Translations under genes and position numbers: made by a program
In this document: piece by piece, positions 27,784 through 39,251 of the stretch
Layout of the letters: every line of letters starts with the position of its first letter
Position numbering within the stretch: the first letter of the stretch is position 1
The notes under the pieces: model-generated
Told to the model about the DNA's origin: nothing
The model's input: the letters and a program-made list of their open reading frames with translations, nothing else
Databases searched by the model: none
Origin: Tricharina praecox
Lineage: Eukaryota
Assembly (NCBI RefSeq): GCF_024521635.1
Contig: NW_026250407.1
Location: 806,001-870,000 of the forward strand
Length of the DNA stretch: 64,000 nucleotides
Direction of reading: 5' to 3'

Positions 27784-28936
27784 TCACATGGGAGACCGCC
27801 GTACAAGGTGCATAAACTCCTCCCTAGTCCTCGTGCTCTTCCGGAAGATACCCAGCATAGAGCTGGTGGTGGTAGTGGCCGTGGTCTTTCCCACGCCGCG
27901 CATGACCATGCACAGGTGAGCGCTCTCCATGACGACGGCGACACCCTGCGGCTGCAGGATCTCCTCGATAGCCATGGCGACCTGCTTCGTGAGGCGCTCC
28001 TGCAGCTGCAGACGGCGCGCAAACATCTCGGCGATGCGCGCAAACTTCGACAGGCCCAGGACCTTGCGGTTGGGAATGTAACCGATGTGCATTCTGCCCG
28101 TGAACGGCACGAGGTGGTGCTCGCACATGGAGAAGATCTCAATGTCCTTGACGATGACTGTTTCACGCCCCGCTTGTCAGAAATCACAAACACGATACAC
28201 AAAACACAAAACATGTGATCGCCATCGAACGTACCGAGCTCGTCATGATCCTCCTCGAAAACGGCGTTGTTGACGATGTTCTTCAGGTTCTCCTCGTAGC
28301 CCTTGGTGAAGTAGAGCATAGCTTTCGCATACCGCAGCGGTGTGTCGCGGAGACCCTCGCGATCAGGGTCTTCGCCAATGCACTCAAGAAGAGTCCGAAT
28401 ACTGCCATTGCCTCATCAGCATGCACGCCCGCGCCCCCTCCAGAAAGATGCAGCCAACGTACGCGCCACACAACTTGACCTCGCGGGCCTTTGACTCATC
28501 CGGAGTGGCCTCCAAACGAGCTCTTGTGCCGACACCTGCAGCAGTTTCCTTTAGCCGGCGCCACGCGGACTCACTGGGGGTGGAGGAGTGAAGTGGGAGG
28601 CAACATACTCGGCCACGAGAGCCCGTCGAAGTCGACCGGCGGGTTGAGCGTGTACGGGGTGGCGGGTCTCGAGATCTGCGGCGTCGCAAGACCAGTAGCG
28701 CCATTGCGATGGCTCAGCGCCAGCGCCGTGCGCGCCCTTTCCGCCTGCGTGTGGCTGTTGGGTGCGATGTCGTGCTGCGGACCGTTGCCCTGGTCGCGAG
28801 AGCCATTCACTTTCAAAGAGCTGAAGAGTTCGGCAGTGGTCAGGACCTCGTGCGCGGCAGCGCCGGCGCCGTTGCTGTTGCCATTGACGAACTGCGGGTT
28901 CGAGGCGGCGGGGTCGGTGGCGGTTGTAGGTGCCAT
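27784..28936 (-). CDS. FOL2: GTP cyclohydrolase I (3 introns)
   Basis: [53 protein letters not shown]. Confidence 0.97.
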
Positions 28937-29682
28937 GGTGCTGAGTTGCTGGTGGGTGCGGTGGTGGGAAAGATGGAAGGTTGAGCCTATCTTATGTTCG
29001 GATCGCTCCACTTCTGCTTCTCGGGGGGATGAGGAGGGACGGGTTTGCGTGAGGTGAATAATGCGGGGCAGCAGCGCAATGGTGGGGGGGGGAGAGCGGG
29101 CGGTGGCTAAGTAGGTTGAGAATTGAACTTTTTTTCTTCGGGGCATGTCATTTTATTAGTGTCGCACTGAATCCTGTATTTAGCGCGCCTCATCCTTCAA
29201 GGGTGTTCTTGTCTCCTCGGCTTTCTGCGAGTCTTTGTTGTGGCTGGCCAGCGGTCAGACCAGAGATGTACTCTATGCAGTACCTGCAGATACTGATGCA
29301 GGGAAGCACCGGTGGAATGTTTCCAGAATTCCGAGACACCGCGAGAGCTCGGGAGTGTGCAAATCCACGCCTTAAACCGCAGCGATTTTCTCCGCCGGTT
29401 CGTTCTTCGGGAGTCTCTGTTTGTGGTTGGCTGGTGGACTGTGGGGAATAAGAGACCAACTACCATGGTACGGGGAATGCGACTAGATCACCGTACCAAC
29501 GATACCTTACTCTACAGCTGGGCAATCGTTTGGAGTTGCCCTATTGGATGTAGGTGGCGTAACGAATGGCATCACCCGGAGGAGATGCAAATTGATACAA
29601 CATGTACGAGTACACTGCTCGCAGGAGTAGAGCAGCTTCATACTCCATATACAAAGCACCGTCATGGACGGGCGGACACTTC

Positions 29683-31056
29683 TTACAACATCATCAAATC
29701 TCCCCCATCAACACTCTCTGCAACTACTGAATCGCGAAAGTCGACGCTTTGCAGGAAACCCTCTACAGCATCGTACTCGCTATCCGACAACCCATCCAAC
29801 ATCATACTGGCCTCCATCGCTTCTGCCTCCATGCCTTCGGGGATATCGCCTACATCGATGCACGACATCTCGGCCTCGTTCTCATCCTCCTCGTCGTCGC
29901 TGTCCTCCTCTTCCTCCTCCTCCTCCTCCACGACTGCCCCAGCTTTCTCCTTCCTCGTCGTCTTCTTAACCGCTGCAGGCTTCTTCTCCTTCACCTTCTT
30001 CTCCTTCACCTCCTTCACCTCCACCTTCTTCTCCTTCGGCTTCGTCCTAGTCCGTAAACTCAACTCTCTAGCCAGATCTCCCCAGCGCGTCTTCTGCTTG
30101 CAACCCGGACAGCTGCCATCCACCGGCAAGATACTGCCACCAATCCCTTCCTCCTTAAGGAACTGCGAGGAAAGGCACGTGATATGCGCCGCATGCTCAC
30201 AGAACGCATGGTTGCACACGACCGCGTCATTACCCGCCAGCAGCCCAAAGCATATATCGCAGCTCAACTCCTCGCCCGCGGCATCCAGCACGGCCATGGC
30301 CTTCTGATAGTGGGTCTCCAGGGGTAAGAAAGTGATATCGAGGCCCTGCAATCCGCCGTCGCCGGAAGCCGCCAGCTTCGGTTTCCTCCCGCGTTTTTTT
30401 GGCGGCGGCGGCAGCGGCTCGCCGTCCTCGTCCAGTAGCTCTTGACTCGGCGGCGGCGGACTGTCGGATTTCCGCAAGTCCCGCACGATGTGCAGAGCCG
30501 GTGGGATGGTGGTGCCCCCCTTCTTGCACATCTTGGTCCAGTAATCTTGCACATCTTGCTGGAAGAAGCGGAGTGTCAACGGCCACCGTGTGAATGCCGA
30601 GTTGCATAGGAGCAGCCGCAGATTGACGAGCCGCGATTGCATGTTTCGGCCTTTTATCGCGGTCTTGCGAAGGTCTTCAGGCACCTTTTTGGTCAGGTTC
30701 GGGTGCTGCCACGCCCATCTGGATATGTCAGGGTGCTGGACTGGCAGGAGGAGACCGAGTGCGAGGGAACGTACTCAAACTGTAGTGCGGCGATGCTAGA
30801 CGGGAAGCCATGGACCATGCAGATCATTTCCCATGGTCGAAGTGTCTCTCGGGCCGTTTTGTGGGCTCCGCCTTTGGTCTCGCCATTGTGTTGGCCCAGT
30901 CTAGGCAGTGTTATCACCAGGTGTAGAGAAAAATCTTGGTGGGATGGGCTACCTGCGACGCGGGTCAGGCGTTGAGCCGATGTAGAGACTGCTTGGCCGG
31001 ATGGTGGACCGGAGGAGGTAGCAGCAGTAAAATGCGGGAATCGGCCGCGTTTCCAT
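29683..31056 (-). CDS. SLX1: Structure-specific endonuclease Slx1 (GIY-YIG + RING-like; 2 introns)
   Basis: [49 protein letters not shown]-terminal CDIC..HITCL..CPGC. Confidence 0.93.
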
Positions 31057-31674
31057 CTTTGGTGGGCGGGGGACGCGAATGTGCAGTGCGGCGGCGTGAT
31101 GTCGAGGAAGCAGGTGGTGGAAGACGCGCGGGATGTGGCTAGGCGGGTCCAGGGTGGTGGATCTCATCAGGGTGCTGCTGCATGTTCCTCTAAGGCTGAT
31201 CATCGTACGCGGTCTATATATGCATGTTCGAGCCTCCACCGCAATCGCGTGCATGGTCAAAAGAGTTGTCGCTATATGCTTGGGCTGAGGGGATTCAGAT
31301 GGACGTTTGTTTTGTACTATTCACATCTCAGCATACCTGTACCTATTGCCCCCATCGACATGCGGCAGTTTTCAGTCACGGACTTATTACTACCACTGTG
31401 GATCAGCTGCCCAGGGGAGTCCTTTGATTATGTGCCGGTCAGACCATTAAATTGCATCTCGGAATGCAGAATTGAAGGCCAGACCGTCCTCCAATTAAAG
31501 TTGAGTCGGTTCTGTCAGATTCTCGGAGCCTTCAAACGCACATAGGGTTTAGCGCGGGGGTCCAAAAAAGCCAAAACATTTAGCGCGGGGTATTTCCTTC
31601 TCATCTCGCCAAATTCTGAACAAGAACGCCATCAGCTTCCCCACGACCTCTCAAGTGATACTACCAACGTCGCC

Positions 31675-32893
31675 ATGAAGTTGAACACGCACGCATTGCG
31701 CTACCTGTCGCACGAGGACTGGCGGGTCCTGACCGCCGTCGAAATGGGCAGCAAGAACCACGAGGTCGTCCCCACGCCACTCATCAACCAGATCTCTGGC
31801 CTGCGCGGTGCCAGCGGGGTCAACAAGGCCATCAGCACGCTCGCGAAGGTGGGCCTGATCGCGAAGGTCAAGAATGCGAAGTGTTAGTTGTCTACATGCG
31901 CTCTTGCTCTAAGAACTCTCCAGCTGATGTGCATGCGCAGACGACGGGTACCGCTTGACGTACGGAGGACTCGACTACCTGGCGCTGCACACATTCATGA
32001 AGCGCAAGAGCGCATACTCGGTCGGAAACCAGATCGGTATCGGAAAGGAGTCGGATATTTTCGTCGTCGCGGACGAAACGGGTACACAGAGGGTGCTCAA
32101 GATTCACCGGCTGGGTAGGATCTCGTTCCGTCAGGTCAAGAACCAGCGAGACTACTTGCGAAATCGGAATTCGGCGTCTTGGATGTACATGTCCCGCCTC
32201 GCGGCGGAGAAGGAATACGCGTTCATGAAGGTTGGTTATCATCTCCGCAAGTACATGTGCGCTGCGTTATTGATGCTAATGCGGAGATAGATCCTTCACG
32301 ACAACGGTTTCCCGGTTCCCCGACCGTTGGACCAAGCTCGTCACTGCATCATCATGGAGCTTATCGATGCATTCCCGCTCCGGCAGGCGGAAGTCACCGA
32401 CCCAGCCAAGCTCTACAAGACACTCATGGAGCTTATCCTCAAATTCGCCAGCCAGGGACTGATCCACGGTGATTTCAACGAGTTCAATATCCTTGTCCAC
32501 GAGGAGTCGCAGGAGCCGGTGGTTATCGATTTCCCCCAGATGATCAGCATCAACCACCGCAATGCCGAGGAACAGTTCAACCGCGATGTCGAGTGCATCA
32601 GATCTTTCTTCTCGAAGAAGTTCCGTTATACGGCGGATGACGCTGGCCCTTTCTGGAGCGATGTCAAGAGGGTGGGCACGCTTGATGTCGCTGTCGAGGC
32701 GAGCGGTATTTCGAAGAAGCAGGCAAAGGAGTTGGAGAAATACATGCGTGAGGTTGCGCCGCTTGAATCGAACGATGAGGACGACGATGAGGAGGAGGAG
32801 GAAGAAGAGGAAGAGGATGACGAGGAAGAGGATGACGAGGAGAATGCGATCCATGGTAGTGACGACGAGCAGGGTCTTACGCAAAAGAAATGA
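31675..32893 (+). CDS. RIO2: Atypical kinase Rio2 (2 introns)
   Basis: RVLTAVEMGSKNHEVVP, GIGKESD, KIHRLGRISFR, IHGDFNEFN, IDFPQM. Confidence 0.97.
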
Positions 32894-33357
32894 TTTACAT
32901 AGATGCATCTACTGGAGGCATAGTTGGTTTTTGCGGGAGGGCATGTTCTGGCGTTTAGGAGTCTCTATAAAGTTGAATCAAGAGTTGAATTCATTGAAGC
33001 TGTCTACTATTTGAGCCGAGTAACATCTACGATTGCTCAGAGTGATTACCCTAAATTACTTGTCCAAGGAGTTTCGCCCAGATTCTACTCAGCTCCGAAG
33101 TGAGAAACTATGATTTCTTGGGCATGTGGTAGTTGCAAGGATCTAGCTCCGGATGTTGATCACGTGCTTGTCTGTGCGTTCTAGGGCAAGAGACCTAAGC
33201 GCACACCAGTCCCGCATCCCCCACCGTCGTTCTTTCACTTTGAGGTTATCGCCAGCAGGAAATTATCAAACGCCCAGCGACGCGACCCGACCGACCCGCC
33301 GACAACGACCAATCCCGACCCCTCACGTCCTCCTTCACGACAATCTCGACCTTCCCG

Positions 33358-34123
33358 ATGGCGCCGAAATCTGCAGCAAAGGGTAAATACTTGCTCCTCG
33401 AAATTCCACGCGTCGTAATGCGCTGCCCTCGCTCGCTGTTTGAGAGCTGTGATTTTGGCGGAGCTCCGACAGGAGTGGGGATATGCTACGGAGAGAGAAC
33501 GAGGAAGAGATGGGATCATGGAGCGAGCTCTACTAGTGGAAGAGACAGACGATGAGAGCATGTAGCTGATGGTTATCCTTCCGTGTAGGCCCTAAGCCCA
33601 CCACCAAGAAGGCGGCGGATGCGAAGAAGGCTGCCCTCAAGGGTGTGCACTCCAAGATCCACAAGAAGGTCCGCACATCGGTCACCTTCCACCGGCCCAA
33701 GACCTTGATCCGCGCCCGCGACCCCAAGTACCCCCGCAAGAGCATCCCCCATGCTCCTCGGCTCGATCAGTTCAAGGTCATCGTTCACCCCTTGAACACC
33801 GAGTCGGCTATGAAGAAGATTGAGGAGAACAACACCCTGGTCTTCATTGTCGATATCAAGGCGAACAAGAGGCAGATCAAGGAGGCGGTCAAGAAGCTCT
33901 ACGATGTCGATGCCGTCAAGGTCAACACTTTGATCAGGTGCGTTCTACTCCGATGGCTGTGGTGGAGGCGCGGGATGCCGTCAGACGAGAGAGGCGGTTG
34001 CTTCACGGAGCTATCAGCTAATTGTCAAATTACAGGCCCGATGGAAGGAAGAAGGCTTTCGTCCGTCTCACGCCGGACGTTGATGCCCTTGACATTGCCG
34101 CCACAAAGCTCGCCATCGTTTAA
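33358..34123 (+). CDS. RPL25: 60S ribosomal protein uL23 (L25/L23a; 2 introns)
   Basis: [55 protein letters not shown]. Confidence 0.97.
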
Positions 34124-34841
34124 GCTTGGAGGGGTTCGGGGTTTCATTTTCTTGTCATTTGGGGTTTTCTTCGGTGGCGCTTGTTTGGGATCGTGAACAG
34201 GTGCCAGGCAAAAGTCTAGGGAATAAAAAAAAAACCTTAGAATTCACGATTGCCCGCGAGGAAATTCGTAGCTTTGGTCTTCCCACACTGTACATTGGCG
34301 AGCGATTGGAGATTGGGAGAGACATTTGCCGGCGTAATAGATTGCGTATATCAATTACTGCTCTTCATCTGTGAAATCCAAATCAACTTGTTCCCTCAGC
34401 CCGTGAATAGGATTCAGCTTACTTGATATCGGTGTACTTGCTCTACCTATGTGAACCCTATGACGATAAATCTCGCGAGCCGCTGCAGCTGCTAGGAATG
34501 AACCTCGTTACAGCTTAAGTAAATACCGGATGACAATAATCACCCTTTTGCCGCCCGGCGTCTATTCGATGAATGCCACCCTTTTTTTGTTTTGTTTAAT
34601 CGCATTCGACTTTTGTAGATCATGGCCGCTTTCCCCCACTGTCTCTGACTAAGGAATGCCGCCCCACCCTGCAGCAAATACCACGTTACACTATTTCCGA
34701 GTGACGACCGATGTCGCCGGGGCCAGACCACGTTTCCTTTTCGAGTCGCGGCCTCGTCACCTCCAGCCCAGCAGCAATACTAGGACCGAAACCTCCAATC
34801 CACCACAACCACAACCAATGCACACCACAACACGCACAAAC

Positions 34842-35901
34842 ATGTCGCTCCGGTCGCTACTTCTCTTGGCCGTCTGTTCTCTCGCCATCGCCTCCGAATG
34901 GTCCTTCACTGGCGGGAAAGCCACGCTTGCTAGAAAGGGCGACCCTGAGGGTTCGAGCTTGAGGTAATTGCTTGCTTGTTACATGTGTTCTATAGCTTTG
35001 GTTAACATGATGTGATTCACAGCTTTGGACCGGATAAGCCTTTCCCCTCCGCCATCCCGCTTGCTGCTAGGGACGTCCTCAAGCTTCAATTCACCCTCAC
35101 CGATGGAGAGAACACCGGCCGTCCGCACCAAGCATTCCTGCTCGTTACTGACCCCGAGACCGACCTGGAGACCTTCTACCCACTTAGCGTCAAGGGCAAC
35201 TCCGGCCGTGCCAAAGTCGACCTCGTAATTCCTCTCCCACCCTCCTCGCCTTCCCAGCACCAACTGACAGCCGCCAACAGACGCACAAAGACCTCCCCAG
35301 CCACCTCCTCAGCGCCTCGACGCTCTCGCTTTCTCTCGCGCTCGGCGACAATACCTTGCCCTCAGGCAGCATCATCCCGCTCGGCTCGATCGCGCCCACC
35401 ATCGACGCGTCGGCGAAAACCGCCCTAGAGAAGCAAAGAGCAACCGATCTGGGCGAGGGCGTTGGGGCGTTCGGCCCAAAGCGGGAGATCCTCCACGTGT
35501 TCCGCGAGGACGCGAAGAGCCCGCCAAAGACCATCACCCTAGCGTTTTTGGCGTCCGTGGTCGTGGCCTATCTGGCGTTGTTTGGTGCTGTAAGTTCTTC
35601 TGATCCCCATGCACGTGCGTTTTTTTGGGTGCGTGGGGACTGATGGAGTGATACTTAGTGGTTCCCGTTGCTCGGTGCCAACCTTAAGCATCTGCCGAAA
35701 GCGCTGCAGGCAGCGCCTATGAGCCATTCGCTTTTCTTGGTCAGCTTGGTTGCCCTGGAGGGTCTGTTCTTCATGTACTACACTAGCTGGAACTTGTTCC
35801 AGTTGCTCGGTGGTGTCAGTGTCGTTGGACTTACTGCGTTCCTGAGTGGAAGCCGTGCATTGAGGGAGGTTAGGGCCCGAAGGGAACGCGGTGAGCGTTA
35901 A
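34842..35901 (+). CDS. SWP1: Oligosaccharyltransferase subunit ribophorin II/Swp1 (3 introns)
   Basis: Signal peptide, RPHQAFLL, PKREILHVFREDAKSPP, three C-terminal TM segments, GSRALR. Confidence 0.88.
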
Positions 35902-36106
35902 GGGCCGGTGCGTGGGTGTGTGTGTTCTGGCTAGCTAGAGGGGAGGGAACAAAATACGGTATTGGGTAGACATTATCACGCAGAGCCATCGAGTAGGTTT
36001 ATCACGCTGATGGTAAATGACGGGAAGCCACGAAGAAAGTGATCATCTATTCTATCCATTGAACTTTTGTGCGCCGAAACCGTACCACCCAATACATAAC
36101 CCATAT

Positions 36107-38869
36107 CTACGCCTTCAACCCCTCCAACGCCTCCTCAAGCCTGCCATATCCCGCCGTCCCCTCCCAGTTCATCTTCCCCTTCCCAATGATGCCCCTCACT
36201 GCAGACCTAGCCTTAAACCTCCAATCCTTCGCCACAAGCTCTCCAGCGCCCAGGCCATCAGTCCTCTCCATCTGTCCCAAGCTCTCATACGCATCCACCA
36301 GCTCGACGGTAGCATCCACCAACTCATTCCACTCCTTCTCCGTCGCATCCGTAATCCCGGGCCTGGAATTGACCGCTCTCCACGCCTTCTCATGAGCCTC
36401 GAGCGCGGAACGCGGCTTCTTCCTCCACAAGTTCAGCCTCGCCACGATCTTCCACAGGCGCGGGTCGGTAGTGATCAGCGGGACGACCTCCTTCTCCACC
36501 AGCTCAACGACCTGCTTCGCGAGGCCGGGCTTGATGGGATCGTACCCGATGGGCTTTTCCTGGTTCAGGTCCTCGGAAATGATGTGCTGTACCAGCAGCT
36601 CCAGGACGCTGGTGTCGACCGCCAGCTCGCCCTTGGAGCGGCTGCGGAGCGCGATCAGGTTCTTCATGGCTACGATCATGTCCTGGAACTCTGGCGGCTG
36701 CAGGGTCGCCGCAACGGTAAGGTAGTTATCCCAGATGCGCCAGGACTCGCGCTTCAGTTGGGCGGCGCGTTTGAGGGCTTGCAGGGCGTCCTTGCGGTTT
36801 CGCTGGGGGTCGGCAGCAGCAACCGCAGCGTCTTCTTCTTCCTCGTCGTCAAGACGGATGCGGCTTTGTTCCACCGGAGCGTCGTCGTCACTCGGATCAC
36901 GACGCAGGAGCGCAGTGGCGAGATTGCTCCATGCCTCTGCGTCGGTGTTGTCAATGCTCACTGCACGGCTGAAGGCACGTACAGCGCCGTCCCATGTCTG
37001 GAGCTCTAGCCGGCAGCAGCCGAGCGCGAACCAACTCGGCCCATGAAGAGGGTAAATACGTAGCGAGTCGCCGTATGCCTCCGATGCCTTCTGGCAGTCG
37101 TTAATGTTCATATAGTAGCGACCGAGGGAGCGCTTTGCGCGCGCAAAGCGGTTGTTGCTGACTGTCCAGGCCTTTTCGTAGTGCGCGGCGTTGTTCTCGA
37201 TGTCGCCGAGGATGCACCATAGTCTGGGGGCTTGCGGGGGAGGCGGTGCGCGCTCTTGCTCAGAGTCGTCCTCGAAGAGCTGCTTGCGGATGACCCCTTT
37301 GGCTTTTTCTTCTTGCTCGGTGGCGGCCCAGCAGAGGGCGACTTCTGGCCACATCTCCAGACGCTCGAAGATCTCGAGAGCAGTCCTGAGACCTCCTACG
37401 CTGGACCAGCGAGATGCTAATTCCGCCTCGAGCTCCCATCTGGTTGGAATGGGAAGTTGGTGGATGTAGAGCAGACGTTCTCGGATTGACGCTGACTCTC
37501 CCTCCTTGGGCTGCGGGAGGAAAGTAGGAGCAACCGTAGTGTCGTCGCTCTCGGCTTCCGTTGCAGTTCGCTTGCCTGTTGTTTCCGCGATGACCTGGTC
37601 TACGACGACCTGCAGTTGCAGAACGGACCGTTCCACTGTTCGTGACCTGGTCGATTCGATTCTACTCCGCACCAGCAAGCCCAGGGTGTAGACTTCCCAG
37701 TTTGTACTGTGAGACAGTACACGCTCCGCATAGGGCAGCATCTGTTCTCTCGTCGTGCCGTCCTCGGGGTTGGTGTTCTTGATGGTTTCGGTAAACAGCA
37801 GTAGGATTGTGGCATCCAGCGGATGAAGAGGTGGCTGATTTCCAGCATCGAGCGAAGCCAGCTCGGCTGGAAGATCGGAGTCCTCCTTCGGTGTCAGGGT
37901 TTTTGAATCGGTGAATGAGATCTTCTCGAGCAGTGTGTCGTCGTTCAGGTCCAAAGTCTTCGGTTTCGTCCCTTCGACGTTATTCTGTTCCGCGCTCTTG
38001 GCCAAAACAACCAGCTGACTGGTCTCCTTCTGCTGCCATTGTGTTCGTTTGCCCATGACACCAGTCAATACATACTTCAGTCCCGTCAGCTCCGTGGCGT
38101 CCTCCAGCTGCTTCAGCGCTCTGGCATCGTTGCCGAAGTATGTATCCACCATCGCGCGTTCCACCAAGAGCATGGCCTGGACAATATTGCTCTGTCCCGC
38201 CAGCCGCGGGACCACATCGTTGATATCCGCAACGATGTTCTTGTACAATGTACCAGTCTTCTCGGAAAGGATCCTCTGGTGGAGGAAGTTGACCCGCAAT
38301 CTCCACCACGAAGCAGTCTGAGGAGCATCCTCACCCGCCAGTAACGGCGAGTTCATAATACTCACTGCAAGGGTGAGTAGCAGCATGTGCGACGCTAGGT
38401 GGTAGGGCGATTCCCCGTCTACAGTCATGAACGTCACAGCCGCCTTCGAGAGCGCGCGCACGAAGTCTGCGTCTTCCGCCAGACAGACAGGAATGAGCTC
38501 CTTGTTGGGATCGTAGAACAGCGGAGGGCCAGTAACGTTCGTCTGCAGAAACGAGCGCAGTGCACCGACTCCAATGCACATCAACCGGAGGAGCCATAAT
38601 GGCCGCTCGTCGGCGGGAATGGCCGAATGCTGAGCGGTGATGCGGGCCTCCACGAAGCTAGCATAATCCAAATCTTCGCGAAGCTTCGTGACGGCGGGGT
38701 CGCTGGCGTCCAAGATGTCGGCGCCGATCGTTTGTCGCGTAGTGGGGGACTCGAAAAGCTCTTTAAAGTCGCCGTTTTGAACGAGTGCGAGGTCATGAGA
38801 GGTCTCGGGGGAGACATCGTCGCCGGATATCAGCTGCCATTCGGCGGCTTCGAGAGTACTACCGGCCAT
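36107..38869 (-). CDS. EMW1: TPR protein TTC27/Emw1 family (intronless, about 920 aa)
   Basis: LTGVMGKRTQWQQKETSQLV, NWEVYTLGLLVRSRIE..RTVERSVLQLQ, ALEIFERLEMW, TPRs EAWSNLA / WRIWDNY. Confidence 0.85.
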   Translation of the reverse strand: MAGSTLEAAEWQLISGDDVSPETSHDLALVQNGDFKELFESPTTRQTIGADILDASDPAVTKLREDLDYASFVEARITAQHSAIPADERPLWLLRLMCIGVGALRSFLQTNVTGPPLFYDPNKELIPVCLAEDADFVRALSKAAVTFMTVDGESPYHLASHMLLLTLAVSIMNSPLLAGEDAPQTASWWRLRVNFLHQRILSEKTGTLYKNIVADINDVVPRLAGQSNIVQAMLLVERAMVDTYFGNDARALKQLEDATELTGLKYVLTGVMGKRTQWQQKETSQLVVLAKSAEQNNVEGTKPKTLDLNDDTLLEKISFTDSKTLTPKEDSDLPAELASLDAGNQPPLHPLDATILLLFTETIKNTNPEDGTTREQMLPYAERVLSHSTNWEVYTLGLLVRSRIESTRSRTVERSVLQLQVVVDQVIAETTGKRTATEAESDDTTVAPTFLPQPKEGESASIRERLLYIHQLPIPTRWELEAELASRWSSVGGLRTALEIFERLEMWPEVALCWAATEQEEKAKGVIRKQLFEDDSEQERAPPPPQAPRLWCILGDIENNAAHYEKAWTVSNNRFARAKRSLGRYYMNINDCQKASEAYGDSLRIYPLHGPSWFALGCCRLELQTWDGAVRAFSRAVSIDNTDAEAWSNLATALLRRDPSDDDAPVEQSRIRLDDEEEEDAAVAAADPQRNRKDALQALKRAAQLKRESWRIWDNYLTVAATLQPPEFQDMIVAMKNLIALRSRSKGELAVDTSVLELLVQHIISEDLNQEKPIGYDPIKPGLAKQVVELVEKEVVPLITTDPRLWKIVARLNLWRKKPRSALEAHEKAWRAVNSRPGITDATEKEWNELVDATVELVDAYESLGQMERTDGLGAGELVAKDWRFKARSAVRGIIGKGKMNWEGTAGYGRLEEALEGLKA

Positions 38870-39251
38870 TCGAGGGGCTTCGGATAGTGGGGAAGGTCCG
38901 GTTGGCTTGCGAAAGGGATATGTGTCGCGGATGAGGTTCACGAAGGAAGGTGGATTTTATGTAGGTGGGCGTGGGTGTTTAGATTCATTATCAATCAGCA
39001 TTGTTCCGCGTCCTCAATAAATTTGGTGGGGCTTGAGGAGGGGCACACACAGGCAGAATAGCGGCTCTGCAGGCACCCTTGCTTAACCCAACTTGCCATC
39101 TAGTCAGCCGATAAAATTTACCCGGAGAACAGGTACGCGACTTTCTGGAACTCGAGACGTGCGCAAAGCTGTGGAATTAACACAACTCCTCGCGCCACGC
39201 CACGCATCATCACTCACTTGCTACACACGACAATTCCCACTACAAACAATC

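Noticed and set aside
33383..33588. snoRNA in the long RPL25 intron
   Set aside because: No good box C; the only CTGA coincides with the branch point.
36017..37009. 330-aa antisense ORF (similarly 11812-12663, 24657-25418, 29312-30307, 42726-43553)
   Set aside because: These overlap well-supported genes on the opposite strand and are expected in GC3-rich coding DNA.
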